Shown here: piece after piece, positions 21,885 to 36,479 of the stretch
Layout of the letters: every line of letters begins with the position of its first letter
Position numbering within the stretch: the first letter of the stretch is position 1
Source: Neocallimastix sp. 'constans'
Taxonomy: Eukaryota
Reading direction: 5' to 3'
DNA length: 64,000 nt
NCBI GenBank assembly: GCA_050613775.1
Contig: JBODTK010000112.1
Location: 1 to 64,000 of the forward strand
Translations under genes and position numbers: made by a program
Notes under the pieces: model-generated
Told to the model about the DNA's origin: nothing
What the model saw: only the letters and a program-made list of their open reading frames with translations
Database searches by the model: none

Positions 21885-23637
21885 TGTAACTGTAAGAAAC
21901 TCTAATAAAAAGAAATTTTTTTATAAGAGTTTATTTTTTATATTGATTGAGATTATTATTAAAAAAAAAATAAAGAAAAATACTTATATTTAAATAGACG
22001 AAAATTAGAAAAAGTAGAAGAATCGTATATAAAAATAAGTTTTTAAAAACACAAAATTTTATTATTAATAATAATAACTCTTGATTTCTGAAAAAACAGA
22101 AATCAATCGTTATTTTATACTTTTTTATTTATTAATTAATCTTATTTTATATTTATTTATTATTATTATTTTTTTTTTTATCATGTGTCTGTTTAATTAA
22201 TTAATTATTATTATTTATTTTTCATGTGGTTATTTAATTAATAATTATTTAATATAATATATTAATTATTTCTTAATTAAGCTATTGTTTGCTAGTCAGC
22301 TGTTGTATCTTCAGGAAAAGACTAGCAGAAAAACCTGAAGATTTTCTTAATTGTATTAAATTAGAACGAATTATTTCAAAGAAATTTATTATTTAATTTA
22401 ATTTAATTATTATTTAATATTATTGTGAAAATAATTTTAGAATATTAAATATTAATTTTAATTTATTTATTATTTAATATTATTGTGGAAATTATTTAGA
22501 AGAATTTTAAATTTTAAACATAATTGTATTTGTGAAAATTCTATTATTATTTTTTAATATTTAATATTATTATACTTACGTATTTTAATTTTTTAATTAA
22601 TAAAATTTATATTTAGATTAATTTGTAATTAATAAAATTTATATTTAGACTAAGAAATATAGAAAATATTTCTATATTTCTTACAGTAACAGATACATGG
22701 TAACTTCAAGCCTATCCAATGATAGTTCTTTGGTTACGTAACGTATCTCTAAACAGCTAGCAATTTCGGCTAATCAAATAAAATCTTTTGTTACTTTCGT
22801 ACATTAAATTTTATTATTTTATAAATAATTATATAGTTAAATACTTATTTAAATATATTTTATTTAGTGATTAGTAAATTAAGTTAAATTAAATTATTTA
22901 CCAATCATAATATTATTGACATGTATAAATAATAATTGAACTTGTAACTGTAACGCACTAGCGTTACTATTAACGTAAATTGTTATTATAAATATTAATA
23001 TTGATAAATAAAAATATAATTATTAAATAAAAAATATTACTCAGTGTAAGCCCAGTAACTGATAACAAATAGAGTTATAAAGTACTGCGCTATACTCTAG
23101 TGTAATAAGAAATAATAATTATAGAATTAATTAATTTAGTGTTTATTATTAACAACTCGAATAGAGAGGTGTTAAGTTATCTTAGCCTTTAGATTTAATT
23201 ATTATTCGTTATTTTAGTTAATAATAAACTTACCTTTTACAAACTGAGTGGTACGAGACCAAGTGAAAAATTAAAATTAAATAAAATTAAATTTACATAA
23301 AAAAATAGAAAATCAAATTAATCCATAAAAGGATAAATTAAATTGAAATTTATATATAAAGTATAAAATTAGAAATTATTAAGACTCTCTCTTTTCCACA
23401 TATAACTTTATTAAATGTAAAAAATTAGATTGAATGACAATTGATCTAAATTGAGATTTCAATTGATCAAAAATAAAAATTTAATAAAAATTAAATAAAC
23501 AATTTATAAAGTAGAATTTAAGTATTTAGTTATAATTTACAACTTTAGTGTGAATTACTTATTATTGTGAATATTAATATAATTAGATTTAAATTTTAAA
23601 AATTCATTTACATTGCACCACTGAGGATTTCGTTACA
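21885..23637. repeat. Probable LTR (family D, ~960 bp once the solo LTR is removed)
   Basis: Reconstructed ends TGTAAC...GTTACA; the right end cuts the RNase H coding sequence of the minus-strand element exactly at 23638. Confidence 0.65.
21891..22685. mobile_element. Solo LTR (family C)
   Basis: Terminal inverted repeat TGTAAGAAA...TTTCTTACA; 5-bp TSD GTAAC at 21886-21890 and 22686-22690. Confidence 0.88.
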
Positions 23638-26560
23638 CTAGTATAAGATTTCGCCAAGTTAAGAAAGAATCTCTAATAGCTAATAACTCTTTTTCTGTAA
23701 TGGTATAATTTATTTCGGAACCTTGTAAACATCTAGAAAAGTAAGCAATAGAATGTATATTATTATTTTCATCTTTCTGAGATAAAACAACACCTATAGC
23801 ATAGTTACTTGCATCACATTCTACTATGAATGGTTTAGTGACATCTTAATAATGTAGTACTGGTGAAGTAATTAATTTACTTTTTAATAATTTAAATGAA
23901 TTTTCACAATTTTTATCCCAAATAAATTTTATATTTTTTCTTGTTAAATTATGGAGAGGATTAGCTATTTTTGAAAATTTTTTACAAATCTCCTATAGTA
24001 ATTACATAAGCCTAAAAATCGTTGTACTTCTTTAATATTTTTCGGAGTTGACCATTCTTCTATAGATTTAATTTTCTTTGAGTTAGTAGATACACCATCA
24101 CCAGATAAAATGTAACCTAAGAATTCAACTTTTTCTTTATTGAATTCACGTTTTTCAAAATTTGCGTATAAATTATTATTAATTAAGGTTTGTAATACAC
24201 TTCTTACTTGTTTGTGATGCTCTTCTAAATCCTCAGAATAAATTAAAATATCATCCAAATATAAAATAACATATTTTTCTAAATAAGGTCTGATTACAGA
24301 ATTAATAAATGATTGAAAAGTCGCTGGGCATTTTTCAACCCAAAAGGCATTACGAGATATTCGTAATGACCATATTTAGTTCGAAAAGCTGTTTTATATT
24401 CATCCCCCTCTTTTATACGAATTAGGTTATAGGCAGATCTTAGATCTAATTTTGTGAAATATTTTGCACCTTTAATCTTTTCAATAATACCATTAATAAG
24501 TGGAAGAGGATATGAATTTCTAATGGTAACAGCGTTTAACTATTTGTAATCCACACCCAATCTTAAAGAACCATCTTTCTTTTTTTGAAATAAAGCAGGG
24601 TAACCAGCTGGAGATTCCAAATGTCTAATAAAACTTTTTTTTAAATTCTCTTCTATATGTTCCTTAAGTACTTTGTTTTCTTCTTCCGAAAGTGGGTAGA
24701 TAGGACCATAATGAAGAGAAGCATCTTTTTCTAAAACTATTTTACAACGATGTGACAGTAATTTATCTGATTCTTTCTTGCTAAATACAACAGCCAAATC
24801 TCGATGTTGAAGCATAATATTTTCAATTTTTATATCTTCAATATCTTCTTCACAATTATCTTTATTTGTTAAAAATGAATAAATTAAATAATTATAGTTA
24901 AATTTATTATTAATTTTATATTTCTTATTTTGGTGATTGTTTTTTAATTTAAAAAAAATTTTATTGGTTAAAAATTAAATTTTTTATGAAGAAATTCTTT
25001 ATATTTATTAAGTTTAAAATTTAATTTATTTTGATTAAAATTTTGAAATTTTTTAAATTTTTTTTGTATAATTATTTTTTTTTTTTTTTGAATTTATGTT
25101 TAAAAAAATAATTCTTTAAAAATCTTTTTATCACTGAATTAAACCGAGAATAATATTGTGGATTTTTATTAACATTTTTATCAATTTTGTTATAAAAGTG
25201 AGAATTTAAATAAAAATATAGGAAGTTTTTATCATAGTCATAATGAATATTAAACATCCTCATAAATTGGTTTCCAAAAAGTAATTTTGTTGGGATACAA
25301 TTCGAAATTAAAAATTTTTCTCTAAAATTTTTAAAATAAACTCTTTATTTTCATTAATTTTGATTTGAAATTTTAGCCAAACATAATTCTTTATCTGGGT
25401 TGTATCACAAGAAATTCCTTTTACTAAAATTTTTGATTTTAAATTATATTTTTTCAAGTTTAATGTTTTTACTAATTCTTCTGTAATAAAGTTACAAAAG
25501 GAGCCTGAATCTAACATAGATTCAGTTTTTAATTTATTATTATCATTTTTAATATTTTTTACATTATTTGAAAATGTTGTTGGAATATACATATCAAATA
25601 AAAGGAAAGTTGAAGGTAATTTTTTATTTACTGCATTATTAAATGTAGGGAAATTATAATGAAGAATTCTTGTGTTTTTTATTATATTGGACTTCTGTTG
25701 AAGTCCATTGTTTAGTTTTTTGTTTTATTATTATTACTACTAGTTTTATTACTATTATAATTATTATTATTGTAATTATTATTATATATTATATTATAAT
25801 TACTTTTGCTATTATAATTATAATTTTTATTGTGATTAGTATGGGTACTAATATATTTTGAATGTTTATTATAACTTCTTCTAGAAAATTCTGAATTACT
25901 ATTATTTGTTTTTATTTGATTTTTTGTTTTTAATGTATTTTCAAGTAAAATACACTTAGTATAAATGGTACCAAGATCAACAGGGAATTCTTCCATTTCT
26001 TCAATTTCTTCTTGGAATTTTGAGTGTAAGCATTATAGAAAATTAAAACTAAGGCTTCTTCACTAAATCCAAGACCATTCGAAAGAGTTCTAAATTGTTC
26101 AATATAATCATTTATTTTCTCATAATCATGTTTCAATTTTATTAATTGAATCTTAACTAATTTTTGCTTGCAACATTGGAAAAAGCTTTTCTTTATTCAG
26201 TAGTCAATTCAGAAAGAGTTTTTGGGTTATTATCCTTGAACATAGCTAGATACCAATTACAAGCGCCATCTCTTAAATAGGATCTAATAAAGTTAACCTG
26301 ATATCTTCGGTAGCTTCTGAATTTGATTATGTTTTAAAAGTATCTTCGTAAAGTTGACATAATAGATCAGTTTCTTTAGTGTCTCCAGAGAAAAATCCTA
26401 GTTCAGGAACTTGTTGTAAACGGTTTAAAAAACACTTCTCATAATAACATCATTGTCATCATCACGTCTAGTAGTGGTAGATACATTATCCTCTTGCGTT
26501 TGATTAGTAGAAGGAATATCATTTGTAGCAATATTTATATTTATTTTGAATAAAAATTGA
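23638..26560 (-). pseudogene. Decayed Tf2-like Ty3/gypsy gag-pol (Gag, protease, RT, partial RNase H)
   Basis: Fragments YLRDGACNWY (Gag), MLDSGSFCNFI (PR), GPIYPLS/KKKDGSLRL and YLDDILIYS (RT), NYTITEKELLAI (RH); many stops and frameshifts. Confidence 0.88.
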
Positions 26561-27964
26561 TAATTTATTGATAAATTTCTAATGTTAAGATTATTTAATT
26601 ATACTAATTAATTAATTTTAATTGAATATTATTTTCTAAACCATTTTTTCCAATATAGATTTAATAATAAATAACAATTTAAAAAAATTAAATTAATCTA
26701 ATATATCAAAAAGGTGTTTTGGAACCATATAAAATTCAAAAAAAATTTTTTTGGAGTTTTCATAAATTATTTAACTATTTATTTGTAAAATTTTTAATAA
26801 TAATTACTATCATTAATTTATCTAAACTATTTGTAATTCTTTAAGAATATTTAAAGATATTATTAATTATTGATTTTGAATTATTATAATCAATTTACAG
26901 AAAAAATAACTTTATAATTAATTTAAAGATTTATTCTACGAAATTCTAATTTCATATTTAGGGGCCTTCTAAATAATAAATTATAATATATATATATAAA
27001 ATCTTTAATGATCATTATCTCGAGAACTAGTGGACCATATAAGCTGAAATCAATATATATTGTAGATCTCGAGCAGGGCTTCCGAATAAACTTAATTTTT
27101 ACAAATTGAATTTTATTAATAAATATTATTTTAAAAAACATAAAATATATAATTTATAATCTTAATTTTGAGTATTAATATTCTATTTGATTAATTAATA
27201 ACTTTATTTTCATTTTTTTTTATATAAAGTATTGATTATTTAATTTTATATATGAAACTTTGAGTTGAAAGGAAAATTTCAAATATCAAGTAATTTTAAA
27301 TAAAAAAAAATATTAATTATTAATTTGAAATTAAATATAAGTACACAAAACTTTTATAATACTTAATGAATTTAAAACTTAAATTTTTAAAATATAGATA
27401 AACTTTGTTGGAAGAAATAATAAAGATGGAGTTAAGTAAATCCAATAGCAACATTTCCTTTTAGGAGAATTATATAAAAAATATAAAAAAAAATAAAAAT
27501 AAAAAGTAAATTCAACAATTTATAAGTATTAAATTAATGTTCAATTATTTTATTAATTTGTGTTAAATAAAATATTATAAAACTTTATTTTTCATTATAT
27601 GAGTTAATATAAAAATAATCAAATTCAATTATTATTAATTATTTAATTATATAAAATAAATGAATTTCTTTTTAAATAAATTTAATCATATTGAAATAAA
27701 GAAAAATATAATTAATGAATTTTATAAATGTTATTTTTTATATTAATATTATAATTATGTTTATTATATTTAATTTTACTAGTTTAAGATAATTTTGGAT
27801 TTTATTTTCATATTATTGATTGTTATGTTGGTTTTTTGAATTTTGATTGTCTTAATGATCTTGGATATTTAAATTGTATAAATATCCAATATGATAATTT
27901 TTTCTTTAACCCATAAAAACTCTGATTATTTCTTATATAAACATTCATTTGATTTTATTATTCA

Positions 27965-30616
27965 TTAATCGTTAATTTCATCATTATCTATATCATTTAT
28001 TTCATTAAATGTCTTTGCATATTTTTTAACATTAATATTATTTTTTTCATAATAACTTAATGGAACAAAAAATCTTGATAGAAAATTAAAACATAAATTA
28101 ACAATACAATAATTAAATACTATTATGTTTTTTAATAAATAATATTGATTTAGATCAGTATTATAAATTAAACATATAACAATGAATATTATACCAAAAA
28201 TAAATGATAATATATTTGAGCAAAATAATAATTTTATATCAATTTTTAAGAAAATATCCTTCCATTCCATATATATGAAGATAAACTGAGTTAGAATTGT
28301 CAATATTTTATATAATATTAAGATAATCAATACCAATTTGCTGAATATTGTTGGAAATTCACATCTTCGGAAATTTATATCATCGTTTTTGTAATAAATT
28401 TTATTTTCATATTGTGTAAAGATTAATAAAGAGCATAAGGAAATATCTATCCACAATGCTGAACTTAAAATTAGTGCAAAATTTTTTTGGAATGTTAAAA
28501 CCAAATTTGATTTTGAAGGAGCATTGGAGATCAATTTTATACATTGTAATGTTGATGTTAATGTTAAACCAATAGATAAAGTTAATACTTTTACATGGCA
28601 TTTAAAAAGTGTCATTTCACCAATATTGAAAATTAGATAACATATAATTAATCCAATTCCAATTAAATAGATAAACCAGTATGTTTTTGAAAAAAATATA
28701 AATTTTTTACCCCATTTATAGTTAAATATAAGAATATAAAATATTAATATTATAGTTAAGGTAGTTATTGATGCAATGAAGGAAAAACAGCCAATTAGTG
28801 ATTTAAATTCAATATAATGAACCTTTAGTATATTATCAATTTTTTCTAGTGTTCTACCTGCACTAATAGTCGTTTTGTTGTTATAAATATATTCATTAAG
28901 ATAATTTCTTATGTTAGAAGAATATTTCTTATATGATTTAGATATATTATAAGGTCTTACTACGGGCTGGGAATTTAAATATATACCACATATATCTTTA
29001 ACAGCTTCCATACTGCAAAATGTTTTATTGTAATATATGGTATCTAATCCACTTATTTTTGAATGAGTTAATAAAGAATGCATTTGATTTTCATCCGAAA
29101 TAATGAAATCAATTATTTTTCCAGCTATATTTTTAATTTCTCTATTATTTAAATATTTATTAATACCAATACTACGTCCCCCAATAGAAGATGCTGTAAT
29201 GCCTTTTTTATTACCTGGTAATTTACTTATGAAATATTTATCTTCATATCCCTTCTTATACCAATTTTTAATAAATAATATTTTTTTTTCATTATTATTA
29301 TTCTTTTCTTGATCCATATAATTAAATAATTCATTTGAATTTAATTTAAATACTTCATCTATTATATGTATAAATTATTTTTAATGAAAATATTATATAG
29401 TTAATAAAAATAAAAGCATAGATTAATTATTATTTTATTATATATACAATTATTATTAATTATTTAGAGGATAAATGTTTATTATATAATATAATATTAC
29501 CTGTTGAAATTTTTCTTTTTATTTCATAAATCTTTTCTAAAGAAGCTTTGGCATTTTGGCTTCTAAAATTTGGAATGTCATCATTTATATCATCTCTAAA
29601 TGAATACAAAAATTCATATAAAGAACATATAGAATCTTCATCATCCACTTCATAAATTAAATTATATTAATGTATATGATTAATTAAAATGATTATATAT
29701 ATAATAGTAAAAATAATATATATATATATATATATTCTTGAATAAAATTACTTGGCATTAACCCTGCATAACCAGTGATATTTGATTTTTCATCTTTTTT
29801 TTTTTCAGATTTTGTAATTTGCTGCACAGTTTCAATTAATTCATCCCATGTTTCGGGTACAGCTCTTCCATATTTATTTAAATATTCTTTATTTGAGTAT
29901 AAAATTCCGTAATTTAAATATAACGGCTATATGAATATAAAGTATTGTTAAAATAAAATGGAAGATTTTTTTAAAAATATAATATATAAAAATTATATAT
30001 TAAATTGATATTTAATTAAATAATATTTTAAAAATTTAATATTTAATATTTAATAGTATGATATTTAATTCAATAATATATAATATATTATTACCAATGA
30101 ATATACATGATTATTATAAGTACTGATTTTCTTTCCTATTTCTGTTAAATATTTATTAAGACTTTCCACTGGTACAAATAATTTTAAATTTTGTAAATAG
30201 TCCGAGTAATTGGTTAAATATGTATTTTCAAATATTATTAAATCCAATTGATTTGAAGTTTCATTATTTAAGAGATCAGATAATCGGGAATGATATTCTT
30301 CATTACTTAATTTGTCTGAATTAAAATACTCACTTAGGACTATATGAATATCCCAATTATTTTTTATTGATATTTCATTAAATCGTTTTATAAGTGATTC
30401 AATGTATTCAGTTTCATCATCATTATTGTTATATGCAATATAAATTCTTTCAGCCAAAGATATTTCTATAATTAAAAATATTATTATATTAATATGTATT
30501 ATAGTAACTAAATATAAATATTTAAATTTTTAAATTAAATATAATATTTATTTATGAAATGCTATATTACTTATTATGATTAATAAAAAGATTAAATAAA
30601 TATTTATTGGTTTCAT
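27965..30616 (-). CDS. Receptor: signal peptide + solute-binding-protein domain + class C GPCR-like 7TM (about 5 exons)
   Basis: Hydrophobic N-terminus MKPINIYLIFLL, GT-AG introns at positions matching the neighbouring paralog, PETWDEL SBP motif, seven hydrophobic segments with TM3 and ECL2 cysteines. Confidence 0.82.
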
Positions 30617-30826
30617 TATTATTATTATGAATATTTTTTAAATAATAAAATATAAATATAAATATTTTATGTTATATTTCATGGAGCTCGGTAAATTTAT
30701 ATAGTTTCTATATTTTTCCTACTTAAAATTTTTATTTTAAAACAAAAAAAAAAAAATTATAATATATTACAAGGATTGCAATTTAATAATAGTTAAATAT
30801 TATATATTGAAATATATAAATTTATT

Positions 30827-30862
<36 letters not shown>

Positions 30863-30875
30863 ATGATGATAAAAA

Positions 30876-30913
<38 letters not shown>

Positions 30914-31716
30914 GGGATTAACACTATTTGTTATATTAATTGAAGTTATAATATATTTTAAGTAAAATTTTCATTATAATTTAATAAACAGAATTTTGAA
31001 GTAAAATATATTAAATTAAAATTTATTTAAAAAAATAAAATTTAAAATTTTTGAATTTTCGGTATATTCAATAAATATTTATGTTATATAATGAATGATT
31101 ATTATTTTTTTTTTATATTTTATTCATATTTTATTTATTTTATTGTAAATGAATTAAAGTTTTTTATTTTATTTATTTTTATTTTATTTATTTTATTAAT
31201 AAATTTTTTATATATTTTTTCAAATCTACAATATATAAAAATTAGTTCAAATATTATTTATTTAATATGTTAAATAATATTTTTAAAAACTTAAACATAA
31301 GATTAGTTAATTATTAATAAAAATTAATAATTAATTATATTGATTTTTTAGAAACTCTAAAAGTTAAGTTTTTTTGTCTTTATTCTTTATATAGCATTAT
31401 CTAAACATTCTAAATTAATATATTAAACTGAAAAAATATAAAATAAAGTATTATTTTTGTATCTTTTCAATATCAAGTTTATTATATAAAAATAAAGAAT
31501 AGAATATTAATTTATTTACATTAGTAAAACTAAAATAAATAAATAATATAATGATAAATAAATTTTTAAAAACAAAAAAATAAACTATTTATATATTAAA
31601 TAATTATAAATTAATTCATTAATTATAATATGAACAATGAATTTAATTTCTTTAAGTATTGGTTTGAAAATTAATATAATCATATAGTAATTAGCAAGAA
31701 AATTTGCGCAAATATT

Positions 31717-31719
<3 letters not shown>

Positions 31720-31748
<29 letters not shown>

Positions 31749-32001
31749 TATTATTATTATTATTTCCGATGTGTACCGCCTTTGATTTCAGTCCCATCCT
31801 CAGGAGTAGTGGAAATATTGAGATAGTCACATACTTCCTTTTTATAAAGGCAGAATTGTTCCTACTGGACGACTTTATTGAGTGACTCAGTATTGGTGCT
31901 CTGACATGCATATTATTGCTGAGAATTCTACAAGTACTACTTCTCCGAGTGCTTCTCTAATTCGTAATTTCCTTTTGAAGCGAAATCAGTATAACCTAAC
32001 T
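31720..32001 (-). mobile_element. Retroposed insert (SINE-like or 5'-truncated LINE end) with (AAT)n/poly(A) tail
   Basis: GC-richer island with poly(T) at its left end, flanked by the 11-bp direct repeat CAAATATTTAA (31709-31719, 32002-32012). Confidence 0.7.
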
Positions 32002-32506
32002 CAAATATTTAAAGATTATTCTATTAATAATTATTCCATTGGAATAATTATTAATAAAAAATAAATAAAAACTAAATATAACTCAAATTATATAGATGAT
32101 AAAGAAAATAAGTAACATATAATTTATGTAATAATTTTTTATTTTATACTATTTAGTACATATTTTATTAATTATATAAAATTAAATATTTAAATAACGA
32201 CTATTTTTTATATCAATTATTTTATTTATTTTATTTGTTTCATAAAAACTAACAACATATTAAATAATATTCTCATAAATTTATTTATTACATATATGTT
32301 AATAATAATATAATAAAATACAAAATATTAAATAAATAATATTATAACTAATAAATATACGTATTTAATATTATTAATATAAAAAAATATTTTTAAAAAT
32401 TTTTCCTATTTTACATTAATTAAAATTTGATATAAAGGAATAATATACATTTATATAATATCAATACATATAGGATATAAGATATATTGAAATTGTATTT
32501 TATTAT

Positions 32507-35286
32507 TTAGTAATAATTTGAGTTACTAGTTAGTTGAGTAGTAGAGGCGGTTGAAAAGTCAGATGTATTATTAGTGTTCTTTCTGTAATGGTAGTTCAAT
32601 ATTTTAGATGATAATTGATTGGATAAATCTTTACTAGAACTATTATTACTACATGAAGCACTGCCAAATTTATTGCTAGTTGATGAATTCATTAAATATA
32701 CATTTCCATTACTTGATGTATTCTTCCTAAAGTTTTTAAGGAATATTTCATCTTCACTTTCTTTTCCCATTAATGCTCGAATTATTCTAAATCCATATAA
32801 AAATATATAATTTGTTACAGCGAAAAATAGATATATAAAGTCTGGTACACCATAATATACAATATAATTATTGAGGTCCATGAAATTTATAAACATTAAT
32901 ACACCAAATGAAATAATATCCATGTATAGAGCTACTGATAAATATCTAATATCATCACGTGTTAATTCCATATTCCATTCGACAAAAGTGAAAAAGAGTA
33001 TACATAATATGATGATTAATTTTGATATTAATATTAAATATACCATTAGTTTTCCACTTTTTGTAGTTTTGCATTTTTGATAGTTTTGTCCATCATCGAC
33101 TAATTTAGGCTCAATTGTATAAGGAGTATTAAATGATAATGAGTACAATAAGAAATCACAAAGAATGAAAACTGATAAAAATATATATTTATGATTGTCA
33201 ACCCACTTAGATATAGAATTTTCATCAGGGAAATTAGCAATTAATTTACAAAAGACTGGAATTAAACTTAGAGTGAATCCAACAGAAAATGTTAATAATT
33301 TTAGTTGACATTTCAAAAGGGTGACTTCGCCTAAACCAGTAAAGCATGTACACATTATCAAAATACATCCAAATACTGATAATATCCACATATCACCAGG
33401 AATAAATCTAAAATATGGCTTATATTTATTCATATAAATAAATTTTAATGAAAATACCATAGTTAATGTAAGAATAATAAATGATATAATAATTATTAAT
33501 CCAAATGGTGTTTCAGATCTATCTAATGATAAATAATAGAATTTTGATATATCATTAATCTTTTTTAATACATCATAGGCCGATTTATCTCCATATAAAA
33601 ATTCATAAATATAGTTTCTGAATTTTTCAGAATAATTACTGTAATTATTTGATTTTGAAGTTGGTCTTGCAACTAATTGAATACTTTTAAAAAATGCACA
33701 ATCTACAGTAGCACAAACCTCTTCATCATCATATAAACTAGGAATGCCTGAATAAAGTTTATTTTTCATGATAATTTTTTTTTGCATGTCTTTGGATGTT
33801 ATGAACTCAAATGCTGTTACAGCCGCTTGTTTTTTTGAATCATCAATATGATTACTAATACCTAAATTATATCCACCTATTGCTGAACCTGAAATTCCTT
33901 CTCTTACACCAGGAATTGGAGATATAGTATAGTTAGTTACCATCGATAAATACCAAAATTTTAAAAAAACAAATTTTCCATCCATTAATTTTGAACCAGT
34001 ATAACCATCATCATTTTGAAATTGTGACTCTTTATAAACATATATATATATATATATATATGATAGCAATAAAAATGTTAATTTATGTAAAAGATTATTG
34101 TAAATATATACATTTATACCTGTATTAATTTCTTGTGTTAATTTTTTCATCATTTCTAAAGCATCAATAGATTCTTGACTTGGTAATTGAGGATATGGAT
34201 CATTTACTGAATTTCTATAAGAATAAATAAATTCATATAGAGAACATGTTCCAGATTCTAATGCTATATAATAACATTAAAGTTAAATATTAAATTTAAT
34301 TAATTGATTAATATATTAATATAACTAATTTTATCATAATTGTATAATTTAAATTAAAAAATAATATTAAAATAAATTTTATTATTATAATTAATACAAT
34401 TAAATAATCCATTATAAGCGATTAAATCCGTATTTCCGATTTTTGCTTCTTCATTTATAATATATTTTCCTGATTCTAATAATTCTTCCCAAGTTTTAGG
34501 AGCAGGTACATTATATTTATTTGTGTAAAGTGGATTAGAATATATTACAGCAAAATCTATATTAATTGGCTAATATATATATAATAATATTTTGTTTGTT
34601 TTCCGAAAAATATGAAATACATTTTCATGATCGTTATTATTATGTGACATATATATATATTGGAGAAAAATTATGTTTCATATAATGGATCAATGAATCC
34701 AAATATTCCATTTAGTATGATATAATATAAATAATAATAATAATAAATAAAATAAATTTAAAAGATTATATATACATATACTTACAAGTCCAACCCATTT
34801 ATCATTATATACACAGGATTGAGATGCAATTCCTTCTGAATATAAATTTAAATGCTCTTGCGATATCCATTCTTTTATATTTAATAAATGAGGCCCAAAT
34901 TTTGTTGAATATATATTATCATAAAAATAAAGATCATATGAATCTGACTGAATAAGCGAATCTAACATAGATTCATAATCAGTTACTAATGATGTTGAAT
35001 TTTCATTAGTATATAAATCCAAACTTACAGTAATATCTAAATTATTTTGTTTGGCATATTTATTAAATGAATCTATCATAGGTTTGTAAATATCACCACC
35101 TCCATTAAAAGAGAATGATACTGCACTTATATTAATAGCATTTCCAATATCTATATCTATATATTATTAATTTATACAATATTACTAGTTTAATCTATTA
35201 TGTAACATTTAATATTATAGTAAAAAAACTTTTTATCAATTACTTATTAGAAAAAAAAGAAGGCTTATTAATATTATATATTTCAT
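32507..35286 (-). CDS. Receptor: solute-binding-protein domain + class C GPCR-like 7TM; exons approx. 35286-35244, 35150-34786, 34569-34398, 34263-34120, 34029-32507
   Basis: The spliced frame reads through; PKTWEEL and SGSAIGGYNLGIS SBP motifs, 7TM region, Ser/Asn-rich tail. Confidence 0.88.
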
Positions 35287-35306
35287 TTTTCATAAATATT
35301 TAAAAA

Positions 35307-35337
<31 letters not shown>

Positions 35338-35672
35338 GTTATTCGATTATTGTTTTTTTACAAAGAAATTTTTTTTTTTTTATTTTTTTTAAATGAAAAT
35401 AGTTCAACCAAATGAAACCAACAATTGACAAAAAACAAACAAATATAATAAAAAAAAAAAAAAAAAAAAAGAAGATACGTGATATTTAAAATGGTAAAAT
35501 GGTAGAATGTCATAGTTAATTTTAGAATATAATTATATATATTTATAATTATGGAGATTATCTTAATTTATTCAAAATAATTTTTATTTTATTAATAAAC
35601 TTTAAATTATTTAATTTAGATTTTTTTTTTTTTAATACAAAATAAAAATAATTTAAAATATAATAAAAATTC

Positions 35673-35703
<31 letters not shown>

Positions 35704-36479
35704 TACATGAATATAAATATAAATAATATATATAATTATAAATAAAAACTACAAAACAAAATAAATTAATAAAAAGAAAGAAAGAAAGAAAGAAATTATA
35801 TTTATTATTTTTATGGCAAGTAAAGCTATTATTTATATATAATTTTTATTTTTTTTTCTTTATAATATATAAATTTTATATAATTATACTTTTATTTTTT
35901 TATTAAACCTGATCAATATGTATTTTTTTAATCAAAATATAAATAAATAGTTATATAAATAATTCACAAATTACTAAATAAATAATAATACAAATAAATA
36001 TATAAATAATTCACAAATTACTAAATAAATAATAATACAAATAAATAAATAATAACAGATAAATATACAAAGTACTTTATTTACAAAGTCTTATAATTTG
36101 TTATTTATTTTTTATATAATAAAATTTATTAATAGATATTTTTAATCTGTTTTTTTAAATAGTCCTAAATTAGATATAAATTTTTTTTTAATTATATAAC
36201 AGATATTAAGATTTAGATTTATTAATATTGCTTTATAAAATTAAGTTGATTGATTAGTAATTATTATATATTTTAATTACATAAACCAATTTTATTTAAA
36301 ATATTACTTAATTTTGAAAAATATATATATTTAGTTTTAATTTAAAATGCTTATGTATTACTATTTTAATTTATTATTCAAATTTTAATATTTATTATAA
36401 TTATTTTTCAGTGACTATTTTTATTTTATTACAAATTGGGAAACATTTAATATTATTGCTATTATTTTCAAGTTTATTC

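Noticed and set aside
31890..31960. TPP riboswitch (GCTGAGA)
   Set aside because: The downstream CCTGAT/TAAT/GCG-AGG core is absent.
31585..32064. ORFs 31585-31911 and 31882-32064 as genes
   Set aside because: They run across poly(A)/insert boundaries and show no recognisable motifs.
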